Shown piece by piece: positions 27,695 to 36,861 of a stretch of DNA of 64,000 nt. Source of the stretch: a phage; sequence record OZ413487.1; one strand, given 5' to 3'. The notes beneath the pieces are model-generated. The model was not told where the DNA came from. It did not search any database and saw only the letters and a list, made by a program, of their open reading frames with translations. Numbering within the stretch: position 1 is the stretch's first letter; each line of letters starts with the position of its first letter. The position numbers and the translations under genes are program-made.

Positions 27695-27908
27695 GATCGT
27701 CCTCCACTATCTCTACATCCTCACCTAGGGCAAAGTTGTAGGTCCACTGACTGTCAAAGCATTCCTGAGATGCACCAGCGGCAATAAGATCTGCCCCTTT
27801 TATTTTTAAAAGGTCAGGGTAATCTTCGTTAGGGACAGCAGTAAACACTTTCCCTACTAAAGGCTCCTGACCAATATAGAAGCTTGAATCTAAAACTTTA
27901 ACTTTCAT
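27684..27908 (-). CDS. hypothetical small protein (family D)
   Basis: ATG 27908 (ATGA coupling); MKVKVLDS...DLIAAGA. Confidence 0.55.
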   Translation of the reverse strand: MKVKVLDSSFYIGQEPLVGKVFTAVPNEDYPDLLKIKGADLIAAGASQECFDSQWTYNFALGEDVEIVEDDHEG

Positions 27909-28195
27909 CAACGGTCTCCATCAGGTGGTTGTGGGACGTAAACACTGTTACGAATATCGTCCGCAGTATAGTAATAAGTGTCTCCAACCCTATCTCTGGC
28001 TGCAATGTACTCTGCTATACCAATAAGTGCCATTGATTTGGTGGCGTATCTTCCCCACTCGTTAGCTCCCCAGTAGAATTTAGACCAGTAGGGAATAATA
28101 CCGAACAAATATACCTTTTGACGAACTTCCCAGTAAGTGCCTTTTCCGACAAGTTTAAACTCTACTTCACTACTGTTAATCTTTTTCATTATCAA
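27908..28195 (-). CDS. hypothetical protein
   Basis: 95 aa; GAGGGAG SD. Confidence 0.5.
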   Translation of the reverse strand: MIMKKINSSEVEFKLVGKGTYWEVRQKVYLFGIIPYWSKFYWGANEWGRYATKSMALIGIAEYIAARDRVGDTYYYTADDIRNSVYVPQPPDGDR

Positions 28196-28488
28196 TCTCC
28201 CTCTACCGTGGTCGGATTGTCAGTAAGAAATTGAGCATTGGCTGGAGGCACGCCTGACATTTTCCACACAACCATAAGTTTGTAACCAGGAACTCTATTA
28301 AGTGCAGATCGAGTAGAGTTTGTGCACGTATACTTTCGCTTTCCAAACCCGTTCTCCATCATAATCCAGTACCCAGTATCTTTGTCACCAGGTATCGGTA
28401 GACCACCTTCATCAACCCACTGAATGGACCACGGCACGATGGCTACAGCTTTATATTTAAACTTTTTAAACCACTCAAAAAGTTTCAT
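28192..28488 (-). CDS. hypothetical protein
   Basis: 98 aa; GCGAGGCTG SD. Confidence 0.5.
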   Translation of the reverse strand: MKLFEWFKKFKYKAVAIVPWSIQWVDEGGLPIPGDKDTGYWIMMENGFGKRKYTCTNSTRSALNRVPGYKLMVVWKMSGVPPANAQFLTDNPTTVEGD

Positions 28489-28491
28489 AAT

Positions 28492-28581
28492 TCAGCCTCG
28501 CATAGACATAATCACTATAAACAGGCAAACAATGAATCCGAATGCCACGCCACCCATAAACGTTAATATTGATGCAATCAT
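28492..28581 (-). CDS. 29-aa hydrophobic peptide
   Basis: Below track cutoff; GCGAGGCTG SD; stop overlaps next start. Confidence 0.3.
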   Translation of the reverse strand: MIASILTFMGGVAFGFIVCLFIVIMSMRG

Positions 28582-28583
28582 AG

Positions 28584-28769
28584 TCAATCAGCCTCGCTTG
28601 GCAACTCTTCTACCTTAACATGCCGAAAAGTGTTACCGTAATGGTTGATCCATGACATCAGCTCGCTTTCTTGCTCTTCCTCTGGGATGAACTCTCGAAT
28701 GCTGACAAGTTTTAAGAAAACCCAATCACAATCTGCACCCATTCTACCAGACAGGCAATAGTGCTTCAT
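28584..28769 (-). CDS. hypothetical protein
   Basis: 61-aa track ORF. Confidence 0.4.
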   Translation of the reverse strand: MKHYCLSGRMGADCDWVFLKLVSIREFIPEEEQESELMSWINHYGNTFRHVKVEELPSEAD

Positions 28770-28787
28770 AAAAACCCCCCGCCTGGT

Positions 28788-28982
28788 TTAGAATATTGCT
28801 TCTTCCATTGCACCTGAGAGCAACAAAGAGGTGATCTGGCTAACATTCATCTCAGACTCTACTTCCTCCCCTTTGAAAGGTTCGCGGCAGAATAGGACTG
28901 TTTCAGGACTTTTACTTCGAACAATATAATACAAATCATTCAATGTGTTGTAGTAATAAGTGTTAAAACGTAAGTTTTTCAT
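28788..28982 (-). CDS. hypothetical protein
   Basis: 64 aa; AAGGGGA SD. Confidence 0.45.
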   Translation of the reverse strand: MKNLRFNTYYYNTLNDLYYIVRSKSPETVLFCREPFKGEEVESEMNVSQITSLLLSGAMEEAIF

Positions 28983-29266
28983 TTTCTAGTCCCCTTCTTA
29001 GATTTTTGTGTAGAAACGCTTTCTGCAATACGAGACAAACGTTCTTCTGAAGCCTTGCCTATTCCAGGTTTTTTGAGTGGGTTATCTTTATGACCACAAT
29101 CCAATTGGATATTGGATACCTCTCCAACCTTGTAAGTCAATTCTAGCAAAAGGTTGTCGTCCTTGTCAAATGTTCTTACGATAAATTTTTTATCGTTCTC
29201 CTGAACTTCGTATCGGGTACCCGCAGTATACAGCATGGTGCCATCCGCATAGGATATCCAGATCAT
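28979..29266 (-). CDS. hypothetical protein
   Basis: 95 aa; GAAGGAGG SD. Confidence 0.5.
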   Translation of the reverse strand: MIWISYADGTMLYTAGTRYEVQENDKKFIVRTFDKDDNLLLELTYKVGEVSNIQLDCGHKDNPLKKPGIGKASEERLSRIAESVSTQKSKKGTRK

Positions 29267-29610
29267 TGAACCTCCTTCTGCTGCAACAGCATTAACTCTT
29301 TGTTGGAGATTTTTACTGCTGTTTTTATTGTTCCATCTTCACGAAACCACGACCAGAACTCTACAGTGTCCCCACTGTCAAGCAAAGCATACCCGTGGTA
29401 GAAGTCTTTGTCCTTAGACAGTTTCTCATCTATGTCTGCATCGACACATTCGTGATCCATAGCATTTTGCCTGAATGCATCGGTTATACCAATGCACGCC
29501 TTGCTCTCAAGACTGGTATATCCGATATCTTTTAATTCAGTTTCCCAAGTCCAGTACCCTATAAAAGCTAAAACAGCTACCCACATTAATAACGTTTTAA
29601 TCTTTGGCAT
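29263..29610 (-). CDS. putative secreted/membrane-anchored protein
   Basis: 115 aa; N-terminal hydrophobic segment; AGAGGTAGAGAG SD. Confidence 0.5.
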   Translation of the reverse strand: MPKIKTLLMWVAVLAFIGYWTWETELKDIGYTSLESKACIGITDAFRQNAMDHECVDADIDEKLSKDKDFYHGYALLDSGDTVEFWSWFREDGTIKTAVKISNKELMLLQQKEVQ

Positions 29611-29672
29611 TCTCTCTACCTCTTTCTTAGTTTATTTCACTATGGCACATCCTTTGTGCCATATCTCAACCA

Positions 29673-30134
29673 CTACTTAAATAGTAGTCCAAAATAGTGC
29701 AAAATTAACAGAAGTTGAACTACACCTAGTGCAACGGCGAGTATGTTAATCTTAGAATCGAAAAACTTCTTAACTTTTACTCTAAAAGGTTCCTTAATGT
29801 CCTTTACGATCCTATTTATAGATGATTTCATATCCCTGATTACCATCCTAAACATTAGAGACGGATCTTCCTTCTCTGTAATAGAATCGAAAACATACTC
29901 TCTTCGGTCATAAGGACCTCCAGATCTGCGTATTAACCTCTCCACAGAGACCTCGTACGACACACCTGTAACGTAATCATCTATGATAAGTAGTGACGGG
30001 TCTTTATCGTCCAAGGGTATTAAAGTTATCTTTCCAGATTTTGTTAAAATTTCTCCTTTTTCAAGCAAGGTGTACCAATGCTCTCTACCAAGATTGTTGA
30101 GGCACGTTTTTACATATTTAACAAACATCGTCAC
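29673..30134 (-). CDS. hypothetical protein with C-terminal TM helix
   Basis: 153 aa; GAGGGGTG SD. Confidence 0.5.
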   Translation of the reverse strand: MTMFVKYVKTCLNNLGREHWYTLLEKGEILTKSGKITLIPLDDKDPSLLIIDDYVTGVSYEVSVERLIRRSGGPYDRREYVFDSITEKEDPSLMFRMVIRDMKSSINRIVKDIKEPFRVKVKKFFDSKINILAVALGVVQLLLILHYFGLLFK

Positions 30135-30334
30135 CCCTCATCGCACGTCTGATATAACCACTCTATGAAATCTTGATACCATTCGCCCTCTGAGCGCTCC
30201 GTAGGCCAATAATCTTCACCCTCTCGTGCATTAAAATCTGAGTATTCAACTTTCCACTCCTTTACCAGCTCGTGGAGAAGGTTTTCAGCCTGCTCTAAAG
30301 ATTTATTTTTTGCCATTGCTGTCTCCTTTTTCAA
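30131..30334 (-). CDS. hypothetical protein
   Basis: 67 aa; AAAGGAGA SD. Confidence 0.5.
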   Translation of the reverse strand: MKKETAMAKNKSLEQAENLLHELVKEWKVEYSDFNAREGEDYWPTERSEGEWYQDFIEWLYQTCDEG

Positions 30335-30399
30335 GATAGTTATACATCAGAACTGCACCACCTAAGATGGCTACCAGTAACAATATCCCAGATAGCATC

Positions 30400-30552
30400 T
30401 CAATAAACATGGCTTGAAACACTGGAAGGTCTCCCTAAATTAACGCACCATTTTAAATACATGCTCTTTTCCCATAAAGGTGCCTGGCTAAGATCTGCGT
30501 AGAACGCAATCTCTTTAAGAACAGTATAGATAGTTTTAGGTGCGGTCTCCAT
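30400..30552 (-). CDS. hypothetical protein (doubtful)
   Basis: ATG 30552 after AGGAAGGAGAG SD (track 30588); overlaps a competing micro-ORF. Confidence 0.3.
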   Translation of the reverse strand: METAPKTIYTVLKEIAFYADLSQAPLWEKSMYLKWCVNLGRPSSVSSHVY

Positions 30553-30763
30553 CCCTACTCTCCTTCCTGATATTCTTGTAGTAATCAACTAGGCACATTG
30601 TTACGATGAAGATAACAACAGGCCAAAAAGGTGCAGCAGTGATGATGGTGATAAAATCATCAAACTTCACCCTTCGTCTGGACACGATGCATACACCTGT
30701 CAAGAATGCCGCTGTTATAACGGACATTACCAGGTAACCTATTAGCACAACATTTATACTCAT
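30536..30763 (-). CDS. small two-TM membrane protein (holin-like topology)
   Basis: 75 aa; two hydrophobic helices plus charged C-terminus; AGGGAGG SD. Confidence 0.5.
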   Translation of the reverse strand: MSINVVLIGYLVMSVITAAFLTGVCIVSRRRVKFDDFITIITAAPFWPVVIFIVTMCLVDYYKNIRKESRDGDRT

Positions 30764-30793
30764 TGGTCCTCCCTTTGTAGGTTAAATTGTATA

Positions 30794-31318
30794 CTACAAA
30801 TGGTCGCTGAGGGTGTCAAGAAAATTATCCCGTTCTTTCTCAGAGTTTTCATGTGTGTAGCTGAAAAACATATCGAGAATAACCTTATTGATATATTCCA
30901 GCTCCTCTGTGTTCAGATGCTTAGCAGGATCTACAATGACATCCCAAATATCATACAGACCACACTCATGATACCCATAACGCCACTCAATTGTCAAGCT
31001 GAGCGGCAAATCTTTACCTTCACAAACAACCTTCCATCTACATATGTTGGTATCTGGTCGTACCTGTGCACGGTACACCTGCACAAAATCCAATTTGAAT
31101 TTGAGGTACTCGTCATACAATTTAAGCACAAAGCTCTCGATTTGTGGAGACACTTTTGCAGCAAACTGTGCGTATTTGTACTTGCACTGGATGATCTTTC
31201 TACGTTTTGCAGTTAAATTTTTTGCCGCCAGTTGTTCTTCAGTGTATCTCCACCTACGATCAACAAACGCAACAGGGTCTTTGTCCCCATAGAGGTCTTC
31301 CCAGTTAATCAGAAGCAT
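30794..31318 (-). CDS. hypothetical protein
   Basis: ATG 31318 after GGAGGAG SD (track 31327). Confidence 0.55.
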   Translation of the reverse strand: MLLINWEDLYGDKDPVAFVDRRWRYTEEQLAAKNLTAKRRKIIQCKYKYAQFAAKVSPQIESFVLKLYDEYLKFKLDFVQVYRAQVRPDTNICRWKVVCEGKDLPLSLTIEWRYGYHECGLYDIWDVIVDPAKHLNTEELEYINKVILDMFFSYTHENSEKERDNFLDTLSDHL

Positions 31319-31323
31319 ACCTG

Positions 31324-31557
31324 TCACTCCTCCACAACTTCAAGGCCTTTACCGCCTCGCTCTGGCAGATTACTTAAAGATAGGTAATACATATAATCAG
31401 GAGAGATCCTGCCAGACTCTGCACCTGCAGCTAGTAAATCCTTCCCTTTAACCAGGACAACATTCTCGTTTGCAGATAGCCGTTTTGCTTCCACAATTTT
31501 ACCAACACAGTCAACCAAGGAAGGGTACCCTAAATCTGTAAGAAATTTAACTTTCAT
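31324..31557 (-). CDS. hypothetical small protein (family D)
   Basis: 77 aa; MKVKFL...DLLAAGA; GGTAGGAGG SD. Confidence 0.55.
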   Translation of the reverse strand: MKVKFLTDLGYPSLVDCVGKIVEAKRLSANENVVLVKGKDLLAAGAESGRISPDYMYYLSLSNLPERGGKGLEVVEE

Positions 31558-31594
31558 GCTACCTCCTACCTACCGTCCCTGGTAAGATAAATTA

Positions 31595-31993
31595 TTACTG
31601 AACAGAGCGCGGTGCTGGGAAGGATAACTCCTCTAAAGAGAAGATTTCATTTCCTACCACCCAAGTTGCTGGGTCATCTGGATCAACAGGTTGGATAATC
31701 ATTACCTCATCCGCCTCGCACACACGTTTCCCACCCATAGTAGCGTCAGCCACTAACATACGCGGCTCTTCAGAAATGCACAGGTAGCCACCTCGGCCCA
31801 CTGTTCCTTCCACGGGATCCTGCCCTTTGACCACAATGAATACCTTCTCTCCTGTGGAGATATTACTTTTCACACTAACAGTTTGACCAACTTTAGATGT
31901 ACCGATCTTGGTGGCTTCAAACATTAAATCCCGAATTACTGTTGCATAGTTGCCGGACACTTTCTTACCTTCTTTAGTAATCTCAATCTTCAT
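31595..31993 (-). CDS. hypothetical protein
   Basis: 132 aa; AAGGAGC SD. Confidence 0.55.
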   Translation of the reverse strand: MKIEITKEGKKVSGNYATVIRDLMFEATKIGTSKVGQTVSVKSNISTGEKVFIVVKGQDPVEGTVGRGGYLCISEEPRMLVADATMGGKRVCEADEVMIIQPVDPDDPATWVVGNEIFSLEELSFPAPRSVQ

Positions 31994-32229
31994 AATCTAG
32001 GCTCCTTAAATGAATCTATGTAATCAATTAAATCCCAAGCATCGCGATGGGCTGTCAGAGGGTATACTTCTCCGAGAGGGATCATAGCAATAAGTCTATC
32101 AAAAACCCAGTCTGGACGCAACATTTTATGGTGATATTCCCACTCACCTTCCACAGATTTTTTCTGAGTTATCAGGATCTCTGTGTAGTGTTTCTCCTGT
32201 CTTGAGTAGATTGAAAATGACTTGTACAT
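31990..32229 (-). CDS. hypothetical protein
   Basis: ATG 32229 after AGAGGGGG SD (track 32265 TTG). Confidence 0.5.
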   Translation of the reverse strand: MYKSFSIYSRQEKHYTEILITQKKSVEGEWEYHHKMLRPDWVFDRLIAMIPLGEVYPLTAHRDAWDLIDYIDSFKEPRL

Positions 32230-32265
32230 AAATGACCCCCTCTTGTTGAAAACAACAATACACAA

Positions 32266-32550
32266 CTACCAGGTTACTGTCAAGTAGGCAACCGTATTAT
32301 TTTTCTCTGGGGAGATGCCAACAACATCTACCTGCAGACCTCCTGCCCTTAAATCTCCAACAATGTGAGGGAAGTAATCTGAGAGATGCGAGGGTAGATT
32401 TATCGAAAATCCGCACCCCAGAAAGCCTGCTAACGCTTTATTTTGTATCTCCCCCACAATCGCATCATAAATGGAGTTAAGCTCGTCAGGGAGCGTTACA
32501 GGACGTTTTAGCGCTAACTGGTGTAATTTGTCCTTAGCACTCATTTTCAT
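32266..32550 (-). CDS. hypothetical protein
   Basis: ATG 32550 overlapping upstream TGA (track 32580). Confidence 0.5.
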   Translation of the reverse strand: MKMSAKDKLHQLALKRPVTLPDELNSIYDAIVGEIQNKALAGFLGCGFSINLPSHLSDYFPHIVGDLRAGGLQVDVVGISPEKNNTVAYLTVTW

Positions 32551-33080
32551 TTCAGGTCTACCTCTGGAGGTGCCAACCACATAAACGGCGGCAAGTCTAA
32601 ACGGTTTTTCTTATCCCACACAAAATATGCATATGCTTGCCCGTCAGTTCTGCCGTTTGATTGAAATGATGGACGCTTAGATATTGTGATCACAGTAGTA
32701 GGTGCATTATCAAGCCACCATTCAAATCTGGCTTTGCTTTCCAGAAAATTAAGACGCAAAAGCATAATAACTACGTCAGCATCTTTCAACGCCTTGTCTA
32801 CAAACTCACGAGCCAGGCTGTATGGTGGGTTGGTGATAATACAGTCAACATGGTTGTATTCTGTATTCAGATAGTCAACACCTTCTTGTATTTCTCCCCA
32901 TGCAGATCCTAACGGCATACGGGAGTAGAACACACCTGAGGCACTATTCCTGCAAGGCTCTAAGTAGGTCCAGTCTTCTGGGAACGGAATAAGGTCATAC
33001 AGCCCTTCTGCACACCACTCCGGTGTCACATACTCATCGTAGGCGTTACGTTGTTCATCAGGTTTTCGAGCACAAGTCAT
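32547..33080 (-). CDS. DNA methyltransferase (amino-methyltransferase, NPPY motif)
   Basis: 177 aa; DCIITNPPYS catalytic motif IV typical of N6-adenine/N4-cytosine MTases; no adjacent restriction gene. Confidence 0.6.
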   Translation of the reverse strand: MTCARKPDEQRNAYDEYVTPEWCAEGLYDLIPFPEDWTYLEPCRNSASGVFYSRMPLGSAWGEIQEGVDYLNTEYNHVDCIITNPPYSLAREFVDKALKDADVVIMLLRLNFLESKARFEWWLDNAPTTVITISKRPSFQSNGRTDGQAYAYFVWDKKNRLDLPPFMWLAPPEVDLK

Positions 33081-33096
33081 GCAAATCTCCAGATCA

Positions 33097-33121
33097 TAAA
33101 AGCCCTCCGAAGAGGGCTTTA
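33097..33121 (-). terminator. rho-independent terminator
   Basis: aaagccctc-ttcg-gagggcttt hairpin followed by TTATGAT on minus strand. Confidence 0.6.
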
Positions 33122-33131
33122 GAATTAATGT

Positions 33132-34181
33132 TTAAGCTTCTTCGACAATTCCTGCACCCAGGATTTTTTCATTGAGCTCTTTTGCTGTTTTAATAATATT
33201 GTCCACCAGACGCTTGCGAGTCTTATCTTTTACCTTAACCTCTTCACCGCCGTTTAGGGTTGTCTTCAATTGGGACAAAATGTCTTGAAGTTCAACGACA
33301 GAGAATCGCTGCAGATCTTCTGAGGTAATCTCACCTAAGGCAATCTTAACGGTCTCACCACTTTCCATCTGCAGGTTCAGGAACACAGTGTGAACATCCC
33401 CTTTCGAACCACCCGCTTTTGCAGATTCAACAGCATGAACTAACTCATCTAAAGATGTGCACTGGTGAATCTCCGGAAGACCTGCTTCACCTAACACGCC
33501 TTCTTCATCACCTTTTGCCAGAAGCTTTTTCGGTTTTTGTCCGTTCTGGATGCGTTGTATGTTGCCTTCATCCAGAATAATAGCTCCAGTGCGTGCTGCC
33601 AGCTCTTCTCCGTCCAACCACACTTCGCCACCAGCTGTGATGGATGCGATCTCATCTTCTGTCAGCACCCCACCGTAGTATTTTTCGATCAGGCGTTCAA
33701 AACGTTTTTTCCAGTAGCTGACCTGAGTATTCATGTTCACACCGTTACCATAAGTGCCACCTTGATAGTAGTGGAACATAAACTCTGTGTCCGGAGCCAC
33801 AGTACGTTCTTTGCAACCCAGCCATAAGATTGTTCCCGCAGAGCAGCACATCCCTTCCGCATGTGCAACAACGCTTGCCTGAGACTCGCGGAATGCCTGC
33901 AGATAAGCCATCGCAATGTGCACGCAACCACCAGGGCTGTTAATGATCACTCGAATGCTTTCTTCAGGCTGAGCCATACGGATCGTCTGCAGGCGAGACA
34001 TATGATCCTGCAGGTCTTCCAAATCGTCGATATAAAGAACGTGGTCAACAACAGGTGTTGGGTAGCTGTATGTTTCCATGATACCGCCCGGCATACCAAA
34101 CATTTTATTACTCATAGGTTCGAAACCGTTCTGTTTCTCTTTCATGCCGTGTACCATGGTGCTGCGAGGTGTTAAATTCAT
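33132..34181 (-). CDS. ClpP-like serine peptidase (S14 family)
   Basis: 349 aa; INSPGG and GMCCSAG motifs resembling ClpP LNSPGG / GQAASMG; long C-terminal extension. Confidence 0.6.
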   Translation of the reverse strand: MNLTPRSTMVHGMKEKQNGFEPMSNKMFGMPGGIMETYSYPTPVVDHVLYIDDLEDLQDHMSRLQTIRMAQPEESIRVIINSPGGCVHIAMAYLQAFRESQASVVAHAEGMCCSAGTILWLGCKERTVAPDTEFMFHYYQGGTYGNGVNMNTQVSYWKKRFERLIEKYYGGVLTEDEIASITAGGEVWLDGEELAARTGAIILDEGNIQRIQNGQKPKKLLAKGDEEGVLGEAGLPEIHQCTSLDELVHAVESAKAGGSKGDVHTVFLNLQMESGETVKIALGEITSEDLQRFSVVELQDILSQLKTTLNGGEEVKVKDKTRKRLVDNIIKTAKELNEKILGAGIVEEA

Positions 34182-34241
34182 GAGAAATCCTTAATATTGG
34201 AAGTTGAAAGCTATTTATTTAAACCTGATTCACATTTACCT

Positions 34242-34553
34242 TTATTTAGCAATCACTATGGAATACTTACGATTGTCAGAAGCATCACAGCTCAATGATT
34301 GCCAGTCTACCACATACCACGTATCATTGTCAACAATTACTTTATCGCCTGTTCTGTAGCAAGTGCTGCTTTCAATAATTCGAGACTCGATAAAGAATCT
34401 GTGTCGGCGCTCACGTAGCAACGCTAAGTTAATTATATTACCACCGCTGTCCTTGGTCCACACATTCTTGGATCCCTTATTTGCCAAAATTGTCTCGCCG
34501 TTATAGACAAACAGGCAGTATATTTTATTCAGTTTCTCTTGTATTGTAGCCAT
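34242..34553 (-). CDS. hypothetical protein
   Basis: 103 aa; AGAGAGAAGGA SD. Confidence 0.5.
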   Translation of the reverse strand: MATIQEKLNKIYCLFVYNGETILANKGSKNVWTKDSGGNIINLALLRERRHRFFIESRIIESSTCYRTGDKVIVDNDTWYVVDWQSLSCDASDNRKYSIVIAK

Positions 34554-34571
34554 ACTGTCCTTCTCTCTGTT

Positions 34572-34600
34572 TTGTCCGATAATAATATCTAAAGCTTACC
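34572..34600 (-). promoter_or_regulatory. sigma70-like promoter
   Basis: Minus strand TTGACA-N17-TATTAT; preceded by bidirectional hairpin 34620-34650 after PhoH stop. Confidence 0.5.
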
Positions 34601-34654
34601 TATTTGTCAACAACTGTTTTAGATATTTAAGGGTGGAATAACCACCCTTCTGTA

Positions 34655-35443
34655 TTACTCGGAAACAGGGGTCCAAATATGATTTGCACGATCCTCAATA
34701 AGATTGAGTGCGATCTGACGACCCAACCCAGAACGAACGACATCGTCTGGACTATCAAAGCTGATCATTCCAACCTCAGGATCTGGATGACGAGTAAAGA
34801 AATCCGTCACCCATGCAAGGCCAGATTTACCAGGGATGTCACGTTGGCTATTATCACCCATAATTACAAGGGTGGCTTGATCAGAGATCCTTGTGATAAT
34901 TGACAACATTTCTTCAGGGTTAGTTTGCTGTGCCTCGTCAATCAGGACAAAGCATCGCTCATCGAAACTACGACCACGAATGCTTTCAACTTCACAAATC
35001 TCGATACGACTGTTCTGACCGTCTCCCAGCATTGCGGCAAAAGCACCTTTGCCAACACGACGACAAATCGTGTCCATCATGCTTCGAAGATAGGGCCACA
35101 GTTTCTGCATTGCATTTCCGGGTTTAAATCCTGAAGTCTTTCCTGTCTGGACGTAAGGACGTGCAACAATGATCTTATCAATCTCATTCTTACGCAGAAG
35201 ATCACCTGCATATGCAGATGCCATGAATGTCTTACCGGATCCAAACACACCGTTTACAATAATAATCTTACGTGACCCTAGATAATCAAGATACTTTTGC
35301 TGCTTTTTATTCATTGGTCGGAGAGCTGGAGCGGTGTGCTCTCGTTCGTCAGCAAATTTCTCAGCAGCCTTACGCAGGCGATCAGATTTGCGAGCCTCTC
35401 TAGCTTCATCACGCATGCGTTTTGTTTCTTTAGCTCGACCCAT
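34655..35443 (-). CDS. phoH: PhoH-like ATPase
   Basis: 262 aa; Walker A GVFGSGKT and overall PhoH-like layout; AAAGGAG SD. Confidence 0.7.
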   Translation of the reverse strand: MGRAKETKRMRDEAREARKSDRLRKAAEKFADEREHTAPALRPMNKKQQKYLDYLGSRKIIIVNGVFGSGKTFMASAYAGDLLRKNEIDKIIVARPYVQTGKTSGFKPGNAMQKLWPYLRSMMDTICRRVGKGAFAAMLGDGQNSRIEICEVESIRGRSFDERCFVLIDEAQQTNPEEMLSIITRISDQATLVIMGDNSQRDIPGKSGLAWVTDFFTRHPDPEVGMISFDSPDDVVRSGLGRQIALNLIEDRANHIWTPVSE

Positions 35444-35481
35444 GTTGGGACTCCTTTCAGATTGAGATGTGCCAAGTACTT

Positions 35482-35832
35482 TTACTGCAACAGTTTTTCA
35501 ATAGCCGCTTCCATGCTGCTTGCAACAGCCTGAACTCGGATATTCATCTCTTCTTGGTGGATCAGCTCCTTAAGCTCTTTAATGGTAAATTCTTTAGAGA
35601 AACCTTCCACCATAATCTTGTGCAAGGCTTCTTGCGTGTCTACTTGCAAGAACTTTTCCAGTTTGTTGGCAGAGGCTTCTAAATCAGCCCGAATACGAGG
35701 GTCATCTGTGCGATTCAGCATTAGGCGTAAGCCATCAAGATTAGTAGAAATAGCGTCTGCATGTTGAGTAACTAACCGTGGCAAAATGAGATCTACAAAC
35801 TTATTAGCCAAATCGATACGTTCTTGTGTCAC
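35482..35832 (-). CDS. hypothetical protein
   Basis: 116 aa; GTG start after AGAGGGGG SD. Confidence 0.5.
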   Translation of the reverse strand: MTQERIDLANKFVDLILPRLVTQHADAISTNLDGLRLMLNRTDDPRIRADLEASANKLEKFLQVDTQEALHKIMVEGFSKEFTIKELKELIHQEEMNIRVQAVASSMEAAIEKLLQ

Positions 35833-35942
35833 TGTTGCACCCCCTCTTCATCCTCATGATATTTCTTTTCACGCTTGTGTTTTTTCTTAAGCTCAAGCGC
35901 AATCTCTTTTTTGTACGCCTTCTTCAAGGCTTTTTTAGCCAT
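35829..35942 (-). CDS. 37-aa basic peptide
   Basis: Below track cutoff; strong GAGGAGGTG SD; K-rich; stop overlaps next GTG start. Confidence 0.4.
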   Translation of the reverse strand: MAKKALKKAYKKEIALELKKKHKREKKYHEDEEGVQQ

Positions 35943-36004
35943 TTGGCACCTCCTCTGCTCTCATTACGCTAATTATAACCAACTTAACAAAGCTTTGTCA
36001 ACGA

Positions 36005-36478
36005 TTAGTCAACCTGAACCCAACCATCTGCTACCTTTTTAAACATTCTTTGGTTATCACTACCTCTGAATGGTTTTTTGGTGGGGTTATCTTTTTCGTA
36101 CTTACCATCCATAATGTAATCGACACTATCTTTAATATAATCTGGGACTTCTTCAAACAAATACCCTGTGTACACCCAGATAGTTTTTGTGTTGCCGAAG
36201 CGTTCACGGATAGCGAGAATGATCGAGTACATACCATCGATATTGTAAGGCGCTAAAGGTTCGCCACCACACAATGTAACTCCGGTAATATGTTTCGGCT
36301 CTATAGAGTGAAGTATACTCTCAATTGTGTCATTTGTTAACGGTTCCCCTTTAGCGGGTGACCAAACACTTTTGTTTTGGCAACCAACACAGTGATGTGG
36401 ACAACCAGAACAGAACACCGTTGTCCTAATGCCTGGGCCGTCAACCATGCTACACTCTATAATATTAACAACATTCAT
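36005..36478 (-). CDS. nrdG: anaerobic ribonucleotide reductase activating protein (radical SAM)
   Basis: 157 aa; CSGCPHHCVGC radical-SAM cluster motif; same operon as nrdD. Confidence 0.75.
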   Translation of the reverse strand: MNVVNIIECSMVDGPGIRTTVFCSGCPHHCVGCQNKSVWSPAKGEPLTNDTIESILHSIEPKHITGVTLCGGEPLAPYNIDGMYSIILAIRERFGNTKTIWVYTGYLFEEVPDYIKDSVDYIMDGKYEKDNPTKKPFRGSDNQRMFKKVADGWVQVD

Positions 36479-36711
36479 TCCTTACCCTCTTTGAGGTAGG
36501 GATATTCAGGCCCACAATAAGCTCTATCTAAGAAAACAGCTTCTTCCCCTCTGGAATCAGTAGATCTATAATACCCATCACCCTGGTAACTAACGAACCA
36601 GTAGCACCCATCATCGCTTTCTACTGTTGTGGCTCTGTCCGAATGAAAGATAATTTCGTAATCCTTGCCGAATGTAAACCATCTGTTAGCTTTTACACAG
36701 ACACCTACCAT
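36475..36711 (-). CDS. hypothetical protein
   Basis: 78 aa; AGAGAGG SD; overlaps nrdG start. Confidence 0.5.
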   Translation of the reverse strand: MVGVCVKANRWFTFGKDYEIIFHSDRATTVESDDGCYWFVSYQGDGYYRSTDSRGEEAVFLDRAYCGPEYPYLKEGKE

Positions 36712-36861
36712 AAGGAACCTCTCTTCTGTGGTGTGCTTCTATTCAAGATAAACTTATAAAAGTCCATTTGATGAAGCCGTATAACTTTTTATACTTACGC
36801 TTCAGTGCTAACAATTTTATCTTGAGTTTCTTGATAGATTTCCGCATTTCGACCCCTTATG

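Noticed and set aside
33537-34175. Antisense and overlapping ORFs inside long genes (e.g. 33537-33827, 33861-34175 within the ClpP-like gene; 38333-39059 within nrdD; 41139-41871 within nrdA; 54155-54709 within ligase)
   Set aside because: They are embedded opposite or out of frame within well-supported genes and lack ribosome-binding sites.
33132-34181. Prohead protease / structural-module interpretation of the ClpP-like gene
   Set aside because: No capsid, portal, scaffold or terminase genes nearby; the gene sits in an early metabolic block.
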